Below, one piece after another: positions 1-9,006 of a stretch of 64,000 nt of DNA. The DNA is from an uncultured virus (IMG/VR IMGVR_UViG_3300011612_000001) (taxonomy: Duplodnaviria > Heunggongvirae > Uroviricota > Caudoviricetes). Made by a program: the position numbers and the translations under genes. The notes beneath the pieces were generated by a model. It was not told the origin of the DNA and did not search any database. It was given only the letters and a program-made list of their open reading frames with translations. Where the stretch lies: the IMG/VR virus record IMGVR_UViG_3300011612_000001, positions 1 to 64,000 of that record, one strand, 5' to 3'. Position 1 is the first letter of the stretch, and each line of letters begins with the position of its first letter.

Positions 1-73
1 CTCATGATGAACCCTGTTCCATGGCTCCAGATGACAAACATGATCTCATATCAGGGACTTGTTCGCACCTTCC
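1..73 (-). mobile_element. Left end of an IS5-family insertion sequence (continues out of window)
   Basis: Reverse complement starts GGAAGGTGCGAACAAGTCCCTGATATGAG, the IS5-type terminal repeat; flanked by CTAG (74-77), the YTAR target of IS5. Confidence 0.9.
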
Positions 74-1010
74 CTAGCTTCACTCATAGGCTTGTTCGGA
101 TCATTCCGCCCCGGAAAAACATAACGGTAGTTCCCTGTCATGATCTTGAGTTCTTCTAGTAAATCTAACGCTTGAGTCGATAACGGTACAAGATGTGGCC
201 TGCGCATTTTCATCCTTTCAGCAGGGATTTCCCAAATAGCGTTACCCAGATCAAATTCTGACCATAATGCCGCACGTAATTCGATGGTTCTCACACCAGT
301 GATCATTAGTAGTTTCGTGGCAAGCAGGACAAGCCGACTTCCGGTGTAACCGTTTAAAGCGCGTAGAAAATCAGGTATCTCATCAGCCTTTAGGAACGGG
401 AAGTGATTTGATTGATGTACTTCGAGAGCACTAGAGAGATCAGCCGCAGGATTAAACTCAGCCCTCCCTGTGGCGATAGCATAGCGGAAAACCTCAGAGC
501 AGCGCTGTCGTACCTTACGCATCTTTTCTAACGCCCCGCGCTTTTCAATTTTACGCAGCACGTTAAGCAGCTCTAAGGGCTTAATCTCACCGACTGGTCT
601 TATACTACATACGGGAAAATATCGTTCTGAAAAGCTTCCATGATGTCCGAGGCATATCCTGCCGACCATTTGGCTGACTTCATTTGATGCCACTCTCTGG
701 CAATCTTTTCGAAAGCATTCTCAGACTTGGTTAGCAATGCGAGCTTCTGCTCTTTTCGAACCTCACTAGGGTTCTTTCCTTCCGCGACCAGTTTTCGGGC
801 ATCGTCGCGACGGGAACGCGCATCGGCAAGTGTGATTGTTGGATAAACACCAAGCGAGATCATTTTGGGTTTACCAGCAAAACGATAACGGAACCGCCAA
901 CTCTTGCTTCCATTAGGTTCTATAAGCAATGACAGCCCTTGCCCATCTCCAAGTGTATAGGCTTTAGCTTCAGGCTTAGCGCGGCGAATCTGCATATCGT
1001 TTAAAGGCAT
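74..1010 (-). pseudogene. P4-type tyrosine integrase, frameshifted near 605 and truncated by IS5
   Basis: N-terminal arm-binding domain (MPLNDMQIRRAKP..GDGQGL..SWRFRYRFAGK) ends at DIFPYVV*; the catalytic part (RPVGEIKP..TGVRTIELR..KMRRPH) continues in another frame and stops at the IS end. Confidence 0.9.
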
Positions 1011-1160
1011 GTGTATAGGAATTAAGACCGAACAGGAACATATACACATTCAGTACCGGATTCTACTGGATGGTTACGGACAACCATGGACTAAAGAGAA
1101 TAAAAATCGTTATAAATCAGAGTATTCACGGACTAATACGGACGTTTGAGGAACTTGAGG

Positions 1161-1195
1161 TGGTGCCGATAATAGGAGTCGAACCTACGACCTTC
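1161..1195 (-). repeat. att site: 3' fragment of tRNA-Thr(CGT) including CCA
   Basis: TGGTGCCGATAATAGGAGTCGAACCTACGACCTTC is the reverse complement of the thrW 3' end; 33 bp are directly repeated at 13560-13592. Confidence 0.92.
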
Positions 1196-1311
1196 TATTC
1201 CAATGACTGGCTGCGCAAGTCATTGATTCTTCGAATCGAATGCGCTGTCACTGATAATCGGTACTAACACAACCAGTAGTAGTTGCCCCTGAATATTAGA
1301 TCGGGGGGAAC

Positions 1312-2523
1312 ATGAAATACAAGCCGAATGCGTACTTAGTCAGAGAAAGATCATCATGCTATGCCGTCAAGGTGACCTTGCCGTTTTATATGCGTTCCCT
1401 GTTTGGGAATCGAACAGCGTTCATGCGTTCAACTGGCACGACAGATATTCGGCAAGCCCGAGTCATTCGTGACCGTATAATGTATGAGTTTTTCGCCATC
1501 CGTGATCGACTGAAACCAAAGCCACAGGGAAATAACGTTGATCGCGTATTGAAAGAACTACGTCAGGTTGACCAATACATCACCCAGAATGTGGGGATCG
1601 ACTTCGCCACGGCTCGTGTATGTCCTTCCCTTGTCCAACTGCGTGATGAATTCATTGTCCAACACAGTGACAGGCGCAAGCTGTCCACCCTGAGCAAGTA
1701 CATCAAGGCCGTGGAGGTGTTCACGGCACATTTCAGGTGCAAGGATTTCCGCCTGCACGAGATCAACAGAACGATGGTGACTGACTGGCTCGACAGCGCA
1801 AAACTTGAACGGGCAACACAGACACTGGCAAATTATTTGGGCTGCTTGTCCCAACTGGTGGCGCTGGCCCAGAACCGCTACCACGACGCGCCAAAGGAGA
1901 ACGTCTTCACAGCCCATAAGCTGGACGTGCGACATGATCGCGAGAGTTACGAACCATTCAGCGGTGATGAACTGGCGCAGGTTGTGGATTTGCTTGATCA
2001 GGAGATGAAGGACGTCGCGTTGGTGGGGATGTATACCGGGATGCGGCTTAATGAAATCTGTTCGCTACAGATCGACAATATCAAAACGGTAGAGGGGGTT
2101 TGGTGTTTCGAGGTGACAGAGGGCAAGACGCGCAATGCGGCCCGACAGGTTCCCATTCATAGCAGGTTACAAACTCTCGTTAAACGGCTTATCCAGAATA
2201 ATCACAGCGGCTTCCTGTTCTATCATGCCAGTATAACTGAACGAGCAGACGGCAAGCGCTCTACATGGCACACACAGCGATTCACACGGGCTAAACGGAA
2301 GGCGCTGGGAGAGAAGGGGACAGAAAGAAAGGTCTTCCATAGTCTGCGGGGGATGTTCATCAGTCAGCTTGATCGCGGCGGCGTTCCAGAGGACAGGATT
2401 GCACTGATAGTAGGTCACGAGAGAGGAAAAACTGAATCATTTCGCACCTACAGCCAAGGGGCCAGCATGAAGGAGCTTTCTGGTTATGTCGAGTTGGTGA
2501 GCTACGAATTTTTAGTGCAGTAA
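1312..2523 (+). CDS. Tyrosine integrase of the satellite-like element
   Basis: 403 aa; TGMRLNEI, GKTRNA, HSLR, VGH and RTY catalytic motifs; 116 bp from att. Confidence 0.92.
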   Translation: MKYKPNAYLVRERSSCYAVKVTLPFYMRSLFGNRTAFMRSTGTTDIRQARVIRDRIMYEFFAIRDRLKPKPQGNNVDRVLKELRQVDQYITQNVGIDFATARVCPSLVQLRDEFIVQHSDRRKLSTLSKYIKAVEVFTAHFRCKDFRLHEINRTMVTDWLDSAKLERATQTLANYLGCLSQLVALAQNRYHDAPKENVFTAHKLDVRHDRESYEPFSGDELAQVVDLLDQEMKDVALVGMYTGMRLNEICSLQIDNIKTVEGVWCFEVTEGKTRNAARQVPIHSRLQTLVKRLIQNNHSGFLFYHASITERADGKRSTWHTQRFTRAKRKALGEKGTERKVFHSLRGMFISQLDRGGVPEDRIALIVGHERGKTESFRTYSQGASMKELSGYVELVSYEFLVQ

Positions 2524-2614
2524 TTGAGCATTACGGATTTGTAGAATCCGGTAAACGCTCAAGACATCACCACCGACCCGATGGTATGATCATACATCCA
2601 GTACATAATAGAAG

Positions 2615-2881
2615 GTGTTGTGTATGACTCGTGAAGAAAGACAGTTGCACCAATTGGTAAAATCCCGCCTCGGTGTTTTCACAAACGGAGCCAGATTCTC
2701 GGATAACCAGATGGGGATTACCTTGAACCTCCCTGATGGTGATAAAAAAACAATCTGGGGAGAATGGCGACATATGTCTAAAGTCGGAAGACTCACGGAT
2801 CGAGTAACTATGTTGCAACACGCTATTTATGAAGAATACCCGGAGTACCGTAACCGTATCCCTCAGGAATGGGCAAGGTAA
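2615..2881 (+). CDS. Hypothetical protein
   Basis: 88-aa ORF ending at the convergent terminator. Confidence 0.5.
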   Translation: MLCMTREERQLHQLVKSRLGVFTNGARFSDNQMGITLNLPDGDKKTIWGEWRHMSKVGRLTDRVTMLQHAIYEEYPEYRNRIPQEWAR

Positions 2882-2890
2882 CGCAGGCAT

Positions 2891-2921
2891 AAAAAAACCG
2901 GATGGTTTTACCCATCCGGTT
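2891..2921 (-). terminator. Intrinsic terminator
   Basis: AACCGGATGG/CCATCCGGTT stem next to an A7 run (U-tract on minus strand). Confidence 0.7.
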
Positions 2922-3129
2922 AGCTTACGTCTTTCAATTTCTGTTCAGTCGCGTAGTACAAGATCGCGGCTTCAAGACCATGTGTCGCCACGCGTGATAA
3001 AAAGGTGCTGCGGTGTACACCCAACTTTCTGGCGAGCGCTGACACGTTCAGCAAGTTGGCATCGTCCAGCGTCTTAACCTTGATCGACAGCAGCGGCGAG
3101 TTTCCAACGCCCAGAATCTTCAATTGCAT
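2920..3129 (-). CDS. Small HTH protein (excisionase or regulator candidate)
   Basis: NVSALARKLGVHRSTF HTH-like motif; upstream GAGG SD. Confidence 0.6.
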   Translation of the reverse strand: MQLKILGVGNSPLLSIKVKTLDDANLLNVSALARKLGVHRSTFLSRVATHGLEAAILYYATEQKLKDVS

Positions 3130-3224
3130 ATTTTTACCTCTCCATAATAGCGGAGGGCGGCAATTGCCGCCCCAAAACCGTTAGCTCCTGGGGTTTTATC
3201 CCGTTGGGCTGTTACCTTGCCTGA

Positions 3225-4268
3225 TTACGAAGCATCGTTAGTGATGGCAGTTACCAGATCCGGGCGGTAGCAAATCGGCAACAGGCTGAACTCACTGGAA
3301 AGCGTAATGTTCTTATACGCATCGGTGCTGCTATAGATGCGGAAGTCCACCACGTCAGCAAAGGCCAATTCGAGATTTCGTGATGTAGGCCCGACAAGGT
3401 TGGTAAATGGTGATGCCTGATCAGCGCTTAACGGCTTCTCGAAGACCGGAACCATGAAGCCCTGATCTGCACCGACGCCGTAGAAATCGGTATCGGACAT
3501 CTCGACTACAGTCACGTTATCCAGGACGTAATAGCTGAATGCCGGATTGATCTCTTTATTGAATACCAGACCATCAGGATCAAGCACACCATACTGCACA
3601 AGCTGGCGAACCGATGGGTTAAAACGCAGCTTCTTGAACAGGTTGGAACCCGCGAACAGGTAGATGCCTTTCAGCAGGGAAGCAAGGCCACCCATGCGGC
3701 GTTTCATGGCACTGACCTCATCGGACAGGGATTCTAACGGATCAGCAGCAACCCCCGTGTAGATGGTTCCGGTGCTCTGGTCGTAACCAAATTCCTCTGA
3801 CCAATCCAGGATCGGGCCATCTGCGGTGTATTCCATATCGGTGACACGATGACGGAACAGGCTTTCAGCAAACATGCGTTCACGAGTCGCAGCGAAGCGT
3901 TCATAGTGAGCCAGGCTTTTAGCTGTCACAGCGTCCAGGACGTTGGCCTGTAGCGAAGAGCCGATCTTACGGAATGGCTGCACATCAGCAGCAGTGATCA
4001 CATCCTGCGTGGGGAACAGAGGAAGCTCGATCAGATGATTAGCTGCTTTTGGCTTCGGTGTGCTTCCCCATTCGCTGGAAAATCGATTTGCTGCCGGGGC
4101 GATGGCGATGGTGTCAGCCTGAGCGTTCAGGATGTCCAGACTGGTTTTAAACTGGTCAGTAACGTCACGCTGGAAAATGTTCAGGTTGGTTAAGATACGG
4201 TTTCGAGCCGGAACGTTCGCAAAGGTCGAACTGTAATCGACGTATGAAAAATCTTTTGTAAGAGCCAT
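3225..4268 (-). CDS. Major capsid protein, lambda gpE (Phage_cap_E)-like
   Basis: 347 aa; pattern LPLFPTQDVITAADVQPFRKIG..RFAATRERMFAESL..DWSEEFG..FKKLRFNPSV recognised as gpE-family; follows a small decoration-like gene. Confidence 0.8.
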   Translation of the reverse strand: MALTKDFSYVDYSSTFANVPARNRILTNLNIFQRDVTDQFKTSLDILNAQADTIAIAPAANRFSSEWGSTPKPKAANHLIELPLFPTQDVITAADVQPFRKIGSSLQANVLDAVTAKSLAHYERFAATRERMFAESLFRHRVTDMEYTADGPILDWSEEFGYDQSTGTIYTGVAADPLESLSDEVSAMKRRMGGLASLLKGIYLFAGSNLFKKLRFNPSVRQLVQYGVLDPDGLVFNKEINPAFSYYVLDNVTVVEMSDTDFYGVGADQGFMVPVFEKPLSADQASPFTNLVGPTSRNLELAFADVVDFRIYSSTDAYKNITLSSEFSLLPICYRPDLVTAITNDAS

Positions 4269-4292
4269 GTTGTGATGTCCTTATCGGTAAAA

Positions 4293-4637
4293 TTATTGAG
4301 CGTCAGCCTGCGCTAAGCGGATATTGCCGGATGCAGTCAGGGCAGCGAGGGCAGCAGCACCAACTGATGTCCCCATAACGGCGATCACTGTTTCCGGGCG
4401 GATGTAGACGCCACGGTCAGCAACGATGATGTTTGCATCTGTACCAGCGCGGTGATGGCTCAGAACCAGTAATGCATCATTGCCTGAGGTAAATGCAGTG
4501 CCATCAGCCTTAATAACCGAACCGGGCTGCACTTCGACAGCCAGGTTTGGGATGTTGATTGTTTTCACTGCAAAATTAGCGTCGGCCTGATAGGTCACGA
4601 CATCATTAAAGGTGCGTTGGGATTCGCCCATTTTCAT
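4293..4637 (-). CDS. Head decoration protein candidate (gpD-like)
   Basis: About 114 aa, Ala/Val/Gly-rich, VQPGSVI motif, ends ALTASGNI; directly upstream of capsid gene; GGAG SD. Confidence 0.6.
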   Translation of the reverse strand: MKMGESQRTFNDVVTYQADANFAVKTINIPNLAVEVQPGSVIKADGTAFTSGNDALLVLSHHRAGTDANIIVADRGVYIRPETVIAVMGTSVGAAALAALTASGNIRLAQADAQ

Positions 4638-4771
4638 AAAAGTCACTCCATAAAGTTGTTGTTTGCTGGCCTGTAGGCTTTGGCCTTTCGGGCCGTATCG
4701 TCAGAATTGACGGCGTGCGAGTACAAAAGAGGTCGCCAGTGGCGACCTTCCTTTATTTGTTTCTGCATCAG

Positions 4772-4800
4772 AAAAAAGGCGGGCGGCGAAGATACCGCCC
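4772..4800 (-). terminator. Intrinsic terminator ending the putative ncRNA
   Basis: GGGCGGU/GCCGCCC stem followed by GCC-U6 on minus strand. Confidence 0.7.
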
Positions 4801-5189
4801 CTGAGGAGCAACGAGGATCTTTATCGTTATTTTTCTGAGAGATGGGAATGTGCAGCGCCCTCTACGGGCGTTAGCTCTACTAACCCGGCTTTACCGGGCT
4901 GGAATAAGGGAGCGACAACGGCGGGAGACCTCTGAATCCCTACGCCGTGCGCTCGATGCCGTTTTATGTCCGGCAGACAGCCCGAGGAGAGCCGGGACTT
5001 ATTGCGGTTGTTAGACCGCTGGCAAACCCCATCGCGGAAGGCTAATACCACGGCAGGGGAATAAGCGGCGCTGGAAAGCAAAGATGGCCCGTGCGAGGTA
5101 TCAAGGAGCCAGCGCCTGAGAGGAGATTAAATTACGTTCAATTGGCTGTAGTTCGCAGTAGACTCTTTCGAATCCATTAATCACCCTAT
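4772..5189 (-). ncRNA. Putative structured non-coding RNA of about 420 nt
   Basis: Bracketed by promoter and terminator; roughly ten hairpins, most G-U pairs and a GAAA tetraloop favour the minus strand; no credible ORF. Confidence 0.6.
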
Positions 5190-5195
5190 GTTAGT

Positions 5196-5224
5196 ATTTT
5201 ACCATGAATGATAATCATTATCAA
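5196..5224 (-). promoter_or_regulatory. sigma70 promoter overlapped by a Fur-box palindrome
   Basis: TTGATA-17 bp-TAAAAT with extended TGn; TGATAATCATTATCA (5209-5223) is a perfect 7-1-7 Fur box. Confidence 0.7.
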
Positions 5225-5281
5225 CAAATTTCACGTAAATTCAGTCGGTAACTCATCCTGTATCGGCAATTCTGCCTTGAA

Positions 5282-5650
5282 TCACTCAATTCTTTTAAGC
5301 GGTGTGGATTCGATGATGTGCGAATAGCGTTCAGGGTCTGAGGCGACCACCTGGCGGCATTTATCCCGCGCCAGACGGAGCATTTCCGGATCAATCTCGT
5401 GGGCCTGGAAGCCACCTGCCCCAGCACCAAGCGCCTTTTTGATCTTCGCGGTTTTCTGCTTGGTGTTAGTCACTGGCGCGACTGCTGGCGCTGGCTTCGT
5501 TGATGGTTGCCAATCGGGATGGCGGATTAAATAGTCATCCACGGCGTTTTTTACATTCTGTTTGAGCTGTTCGGTTTCCATCTGTTCGATGGTGCGCCCG
5601 TTCATGGCTGCGGCTATGGAATCGCGAACGGTTTTGAGCAAGTTTTTCAT
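5282..5650 (-). CDS. Hypothetical protein
   Basis: 122 aa, AAGGA SD, part of leftward operon. Confidence 0.7.
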   Translation of the reverse strand: MKNLLKTVRDSIAAAMNGRTIEQMETEQLKQNVKNAVDDYLIRHPDWQPSTKPAPAVAPVTNTKQKTAKIKKALGAGAGGFQAHEIDPEMLRLARDKCRQVVASDPERYSHIIESTPLKRIE

Positions 5651-5750
5651 TTTTGTTTTTATTCCTTAATAGGATAACCAGCCCGTCACGGGCGCAACGA
5701 TACGCCACCCTGAAAGGGCAGGTATGGTAAAAGGTCTATGAGATTCAAGG

Positions 5751-6407
5751 TCAGGCCGTCGCGGTCTGGCTCGCTGTTGTGGTTTGTTGGCTTTTTCTAA
5801 TGCAGCCCGCTTTACGCGCGTTAGCTCCGCTAACGTCACCTCGTGACGCTGGACTAACGCGGCGAACAGGGTTTATTTGAATAGGCCGCGATTTGCTCGC
5901 AGCTTTTCGGGCCACAACACGGCGGTATTCCACGCATAGCGGATCATTGTAATCTGGCATTCGTGGGGCCATTGCGGCCTCGGTAACCCCATCCCCCCGG
6001 AGGGACATCACCACAGTGAACAACGGCAAGCCCAGCGTCTGGCAGATTTCAGATAGCGTCGCCCCTTCACTCCACATAGTGTGGATTAATTTTCCATTGT
6101 TCGGGTTGGCAAATCGTCTGCATTTCGGATTGTAGGAATTATTATATAAATCAATAACCTTTTCCTGCGGCAGACGCAGCAGCAATGCCACGCGTCCTGG
6201 AGAATATCCCGCGATCAACATGTGCTTGCACCTCTGCATAACGTTGCCATCGCGGCAACGCCGTTTATATAGGCGGGTGAGGTCAGGTAATTCTGGGCCG
6301 GATAATGGTTCTGGGAGTTCGGGTAGGTCTGGAAGATCTTCTGGTAAATCTGTTTTTTGTTCTGGGTCGTTCTGGGTGGCGGTCAGCGCCTTGCGTTTCT
6401 CAATCAT
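5751..6407 (-). CDS. Protein with two HTH-like motifs
   Basis: GYSPGRVALLLRLP and GATLSEICQTLGLP; GAGGA SD. Confidence 0.65.
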   Translation of the reverse strand: MIEKRKALTATQNDPEQKTDLPEDLPDLPELPEPLSGPELPDLTRLYKRRCRDGNVMQRCKHMLIAGYSPGRVALLLRLPQEKVIDLYNNSYNPKCRRFANPNNGKLIHTMWSEGATLSEICQTLGLPLFTVVMSLRGDGVTEAAMAPRMPDYNDPLCVEYRRVVARKAASKSRPIQINPVRRVSPASRGDVSGANARKAGCIRKSQQTTTASQTATA

Positions 6408-6413
6408 TATTCC

Positions 6414-7454
6414 TCACATTAAAAATTTAGGCTTGCGATCCTCGTTAATTTCATCTGGCGGTATCACGCCGACCTTTTCCCACACTAAACGGCAGGCATG
6501 ACGCCAGCCAGTCGCGCCAGCAGTGAGCGCCCATTTATAGGCAGCTTCGGTTAAACGCCCGTCACTCTCAAAGGCCATGCCCTGCCAGGGGGCATCATCT
6601 GACTCTGGTTTATTAGGTTGAAACGGTGGATCATCGTCCTGCTCATCCTGGCTCATCTCATGACCACCATTGGTGAGATCATCGCTGCTACGGTTATTGT
6701 CAGATTCCACGCTATAGCGCTGTCCAGCAGTAGACGTGGCAGACTCAGAGGCCATGTTAGCACTTTGATCAGAGTGCTGGCCTGCGGTCGCATCAGTTGA
6801 TGGTGTAGCAGCGGGTGCTGCCTGTTTTGCTGCCTGTTCTGCCTGTGGTTTAACCTTCTCATCGGATTTGCCATCTTCCTTAGCGGTTGTTTCGATATTC
6901 CAGCCCAGCACGGCTAATTTCTCTGCTGTAATCTGAAAAGCGAATTGCATCACTTCCGAATCTGAGAGATCCAGGTCTGCGATAGCTTTCGCCATTTCCT
7001 TTATCCCATGATTGATAGCCAGGGCATCTACTGCCTCGGATTTTCTAAGCAGAGAGTCAAGCTGAGACTTTTTCAGCTTCTTGTCTTGAGGTGTAACTTT
7101 CGCATCAGTCATGCGAGAAACGATGACATCAATTGGCGTACAGGTGTACGTATTGCGCCAGCCATCCTTAAAAGTCTCCTTACCTACCGTCAATAGGCCC
7201 AGCGACTCCAGTTTGTCGATCCTCTCCTGTGCTCCTGACCTGGCCCGCCCCATCACTTTCGCGATGGTGGGGATACTCTGATAACATTTCTTACCCTGCA
7301 CCTCGAAGGTGTAAAAATGGTTGAACCACTTTAGGTCGGTATCAGTAACACGCATTACATCCCCGGAAGGTGTCATCAGGTTTTTGATCCCTTTTAACCG
7401 TGTGGCAGACTGGTCAAAAATTTCTTTATTTTCTGTATTCGTTACGTCCATCAT
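6414..7454 (-). CDS. Winged-HTH protein, replication initiator candidate
   Basis: CYQSIPTIAKVMGRARSGAQERIDKLESLGLL wHTH pattern, low-complexity linker; GAGGA SD before ATG 7454. Confidence 0.65.
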   Translation of the reverse strand: MMDVTNTENKEIFDQSATRLKGIKNLMTPSGDVMRVTDTDLKWFNHFYTFEVQGKKCYQSIPTIAKVMGRARSGAQERIDKLESLGLLTVGKETFKDGWRNTYTCTPIDVIVSRMTDAKVTPQDKKLKKSQLDSLLRKSEAVDALAINHGIKEMAKAIADLDLSDSEVMQFAFQITAEKLAVLGWNIETTAKEDGKSDEKVKPQAEQAAKQAAPAATPSTDATAGQHSDQSANMASESATSTAGQRYSVESDNNRSSDDLTNGGHEMSQDEQDDDPPFQPNKPESDDAPWQGMAFESDGRLTEAAYKWALTAGATGWRHACRLVWEKVGVIPPDEINEDRKPKFLM

Positions 7455-7614
7455 TTCCTCGCTGGTTTTCTGTTTGGTTGTCTGCTTTCGTTTTATCAAT
7501 GATTTTTGCCGCTGTTTGCAGCAATTCACTACACAATCTCGCCATCGGCATATCGCGGCGATTTGCTTCCGTGAGTAACGTTCGGTACGTCTCATCCGGG
7601 AATGAGATATTCAT
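7426..7614 (-). CDS. Ribbon-helix-helix (CopG/Arc-like) regulator
   Basis: MNISFPDETYRTLLTEANRRDMPMARLCSELL; directly upstream of Rep candidate; AGGAG SD. Confidence 0.65.
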   Translation of the reverse strand: MNISFPDETYRTLLTEANRRDMPMARLCSELLQTAAKIIDKTKADNQTENQRGNDGRNEYRK

Positions 7615-7760
7615 GGTTCAAGTCTCCTGTTGTCAGACATGCGGATTTGATCCTGCTATCGCGGATTGCGATCAGGATTCGGCGGCCTTGATGGCCTGCA
7701 TTTGATTTGGTCTGCCATTTCTTGAGGCGATTTGATTGGCTCGGCGTTGCGCCGCTGCGA

Positions 7761-8198
7761 TCAGGCTGGCGACTTCCCGGCAACAGCGCTATAACCGTAG
7801 TTTTCCAGAGTCTCCACACCGTGGGTGGCAACCAGGAACATGATCACCTGTTCGGGCGTCATATCCAGATTGAATTTCTCACGGTACAGACGGCGATAGC
7901 TCTGGAGCACCGGGGCCAGTATCTCAGTCATCGATTGACCGTCAGCGAACTGGCGGGATAACGGTTTCAGGATCGCCTTGACCGCTCGGGCGCTCTTTGC
8001 CTTCTTTCGTTCCTGTTTCAGGATATGAAGTGCAACAGCCAGTTGCGGATGCTTTGCATGTGCGGCGTCTGCACCACCATTACGGCTAATGAACGACCAT
8101 AGTGCGGTTTTGGTGTACGTGCCGTACATGATGGCGTCTGCGATCTGCTCGCCTGTCATGGTGGCAGGGGTGATGCGTTGGGATTTAGGTTTGTTCAT
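7761..8198 (-). CDS. Hypothetical protein, first gene of leftward operon
   Basis: 145 aa, GGAG SD, downstream of promoter 8301-8329. Confidence 0.7.
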   Translation of the reverse strand: MNKPKSQRITPATMTGEQIADAIMYGTYTKTALWSFISRNGGADAAHAKHPQLAVALHILKQERKKAKSARAVKAILKPLSRQFADGQSMTEILAPVLQSYRRLYREKFNLDMTPEQVIMFLVATHGVETLENYGYSAVAGKSPA

Positions 8199-8300
8199 TG
8201 GGTTCCTCCGTAGGATTGAAATTATTACCGGAGGGTCATTCTGTACCCATTTAGTCAGGAGTCATCACCGGGCGGCGACGCACCTTAATTTGTTAAAACC

Positions 8301-8329
8301 ATTGTATCAGAAATACTTACAAATAGCAA
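8301..8329 (-). promoter_or_regulatory. sigma70 promoter
   Basis: TTGCTA-17 bp-TACAAT with TGn. Confidence 0.65.
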
Positions 8330-8869
8330 GCGCAATTAAAGAATGCAATGATTTCGTTATCTTACTATGGCGCAATCCTGATTTCAATGTCAAGATCTTT
8401 TTGATTAACGCTAAAACGCTCCAGAACGCGTTCTAAGCGATTCTAAGGCGTTATGGCTACTATCCTATTACCTGATGCGTTATAAGCGCTCTACGGGCTT
8501 CCTGTGAAGCCTCGGTTGGGTTGATACGATGAAGTTGGCACGGATGTTGCTTATCACACCCCGGCCCACCCCCTCGCGGCCCCATAGACTCTCAATCTAC
8601 GATTTCGTGACAGTGTTTCCAAATTACTGCGCGGGCTGTCGCCCTTGCTGCCCAAAAGGTGGCGAGCCTGTTCGGTCAGAACAGGATAACGAGTCACCGC
8701 ATGGGCGATGCATATCGCGAAGCGCGGAGCGTATGCGACTGAACAGAGACCAGAAAGAAAGAAATGGAGGTCACAACCGGAATCGAAAAGGTGTTGGTCG
8801 TTTGCCCTGCGGTAAGGTCTTCACGGCCAGGGAAGACCGCATAGGATTTTAATGATCTATTAAAGGTGT

Positions 8870-9006
8870 TGATTTAGTTAACGGGTTTAGTTTACAGATT
8901 TAGTTGTTACTGGTTATAACTGGTATACCCCTTTCTGTTATAACAGGTATACCCCCTTCTGTTATAACTGGTATACCCAGACCACCTGTTATAACAGGTA
9001 TACCCC
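8870..9006. repeat. Iteron-type replication origin
   Basis: Four copies of GTTATAACWGGTATACCC at 8913, 8937, 8961, 8988 next to an AT-rich tract with three TTTAGTT. Confidence 0.75.

Noticed and set aside
1070..1267. 65-aa ORF
   Set aside because: Reads through the att/tRNA fragment; spurious
4827..5081. 84-aa ORF
   Set aside because: TTG start without convincing SD, no motif, lies inside the hairpin-rich region
8270..8279. GGGCGGCGAC matches 10 of 12 nt of lambda cosN
   Set aside because: No cosN flanking symmetry or recognisable cosB/cosQ; lies in a transcribed leader; chance match is plausible
8913..9006. Repeats as a CRISPR array
   Set aside because: Spacers are only 5-9 bp and no cas genes are present; fits iterons
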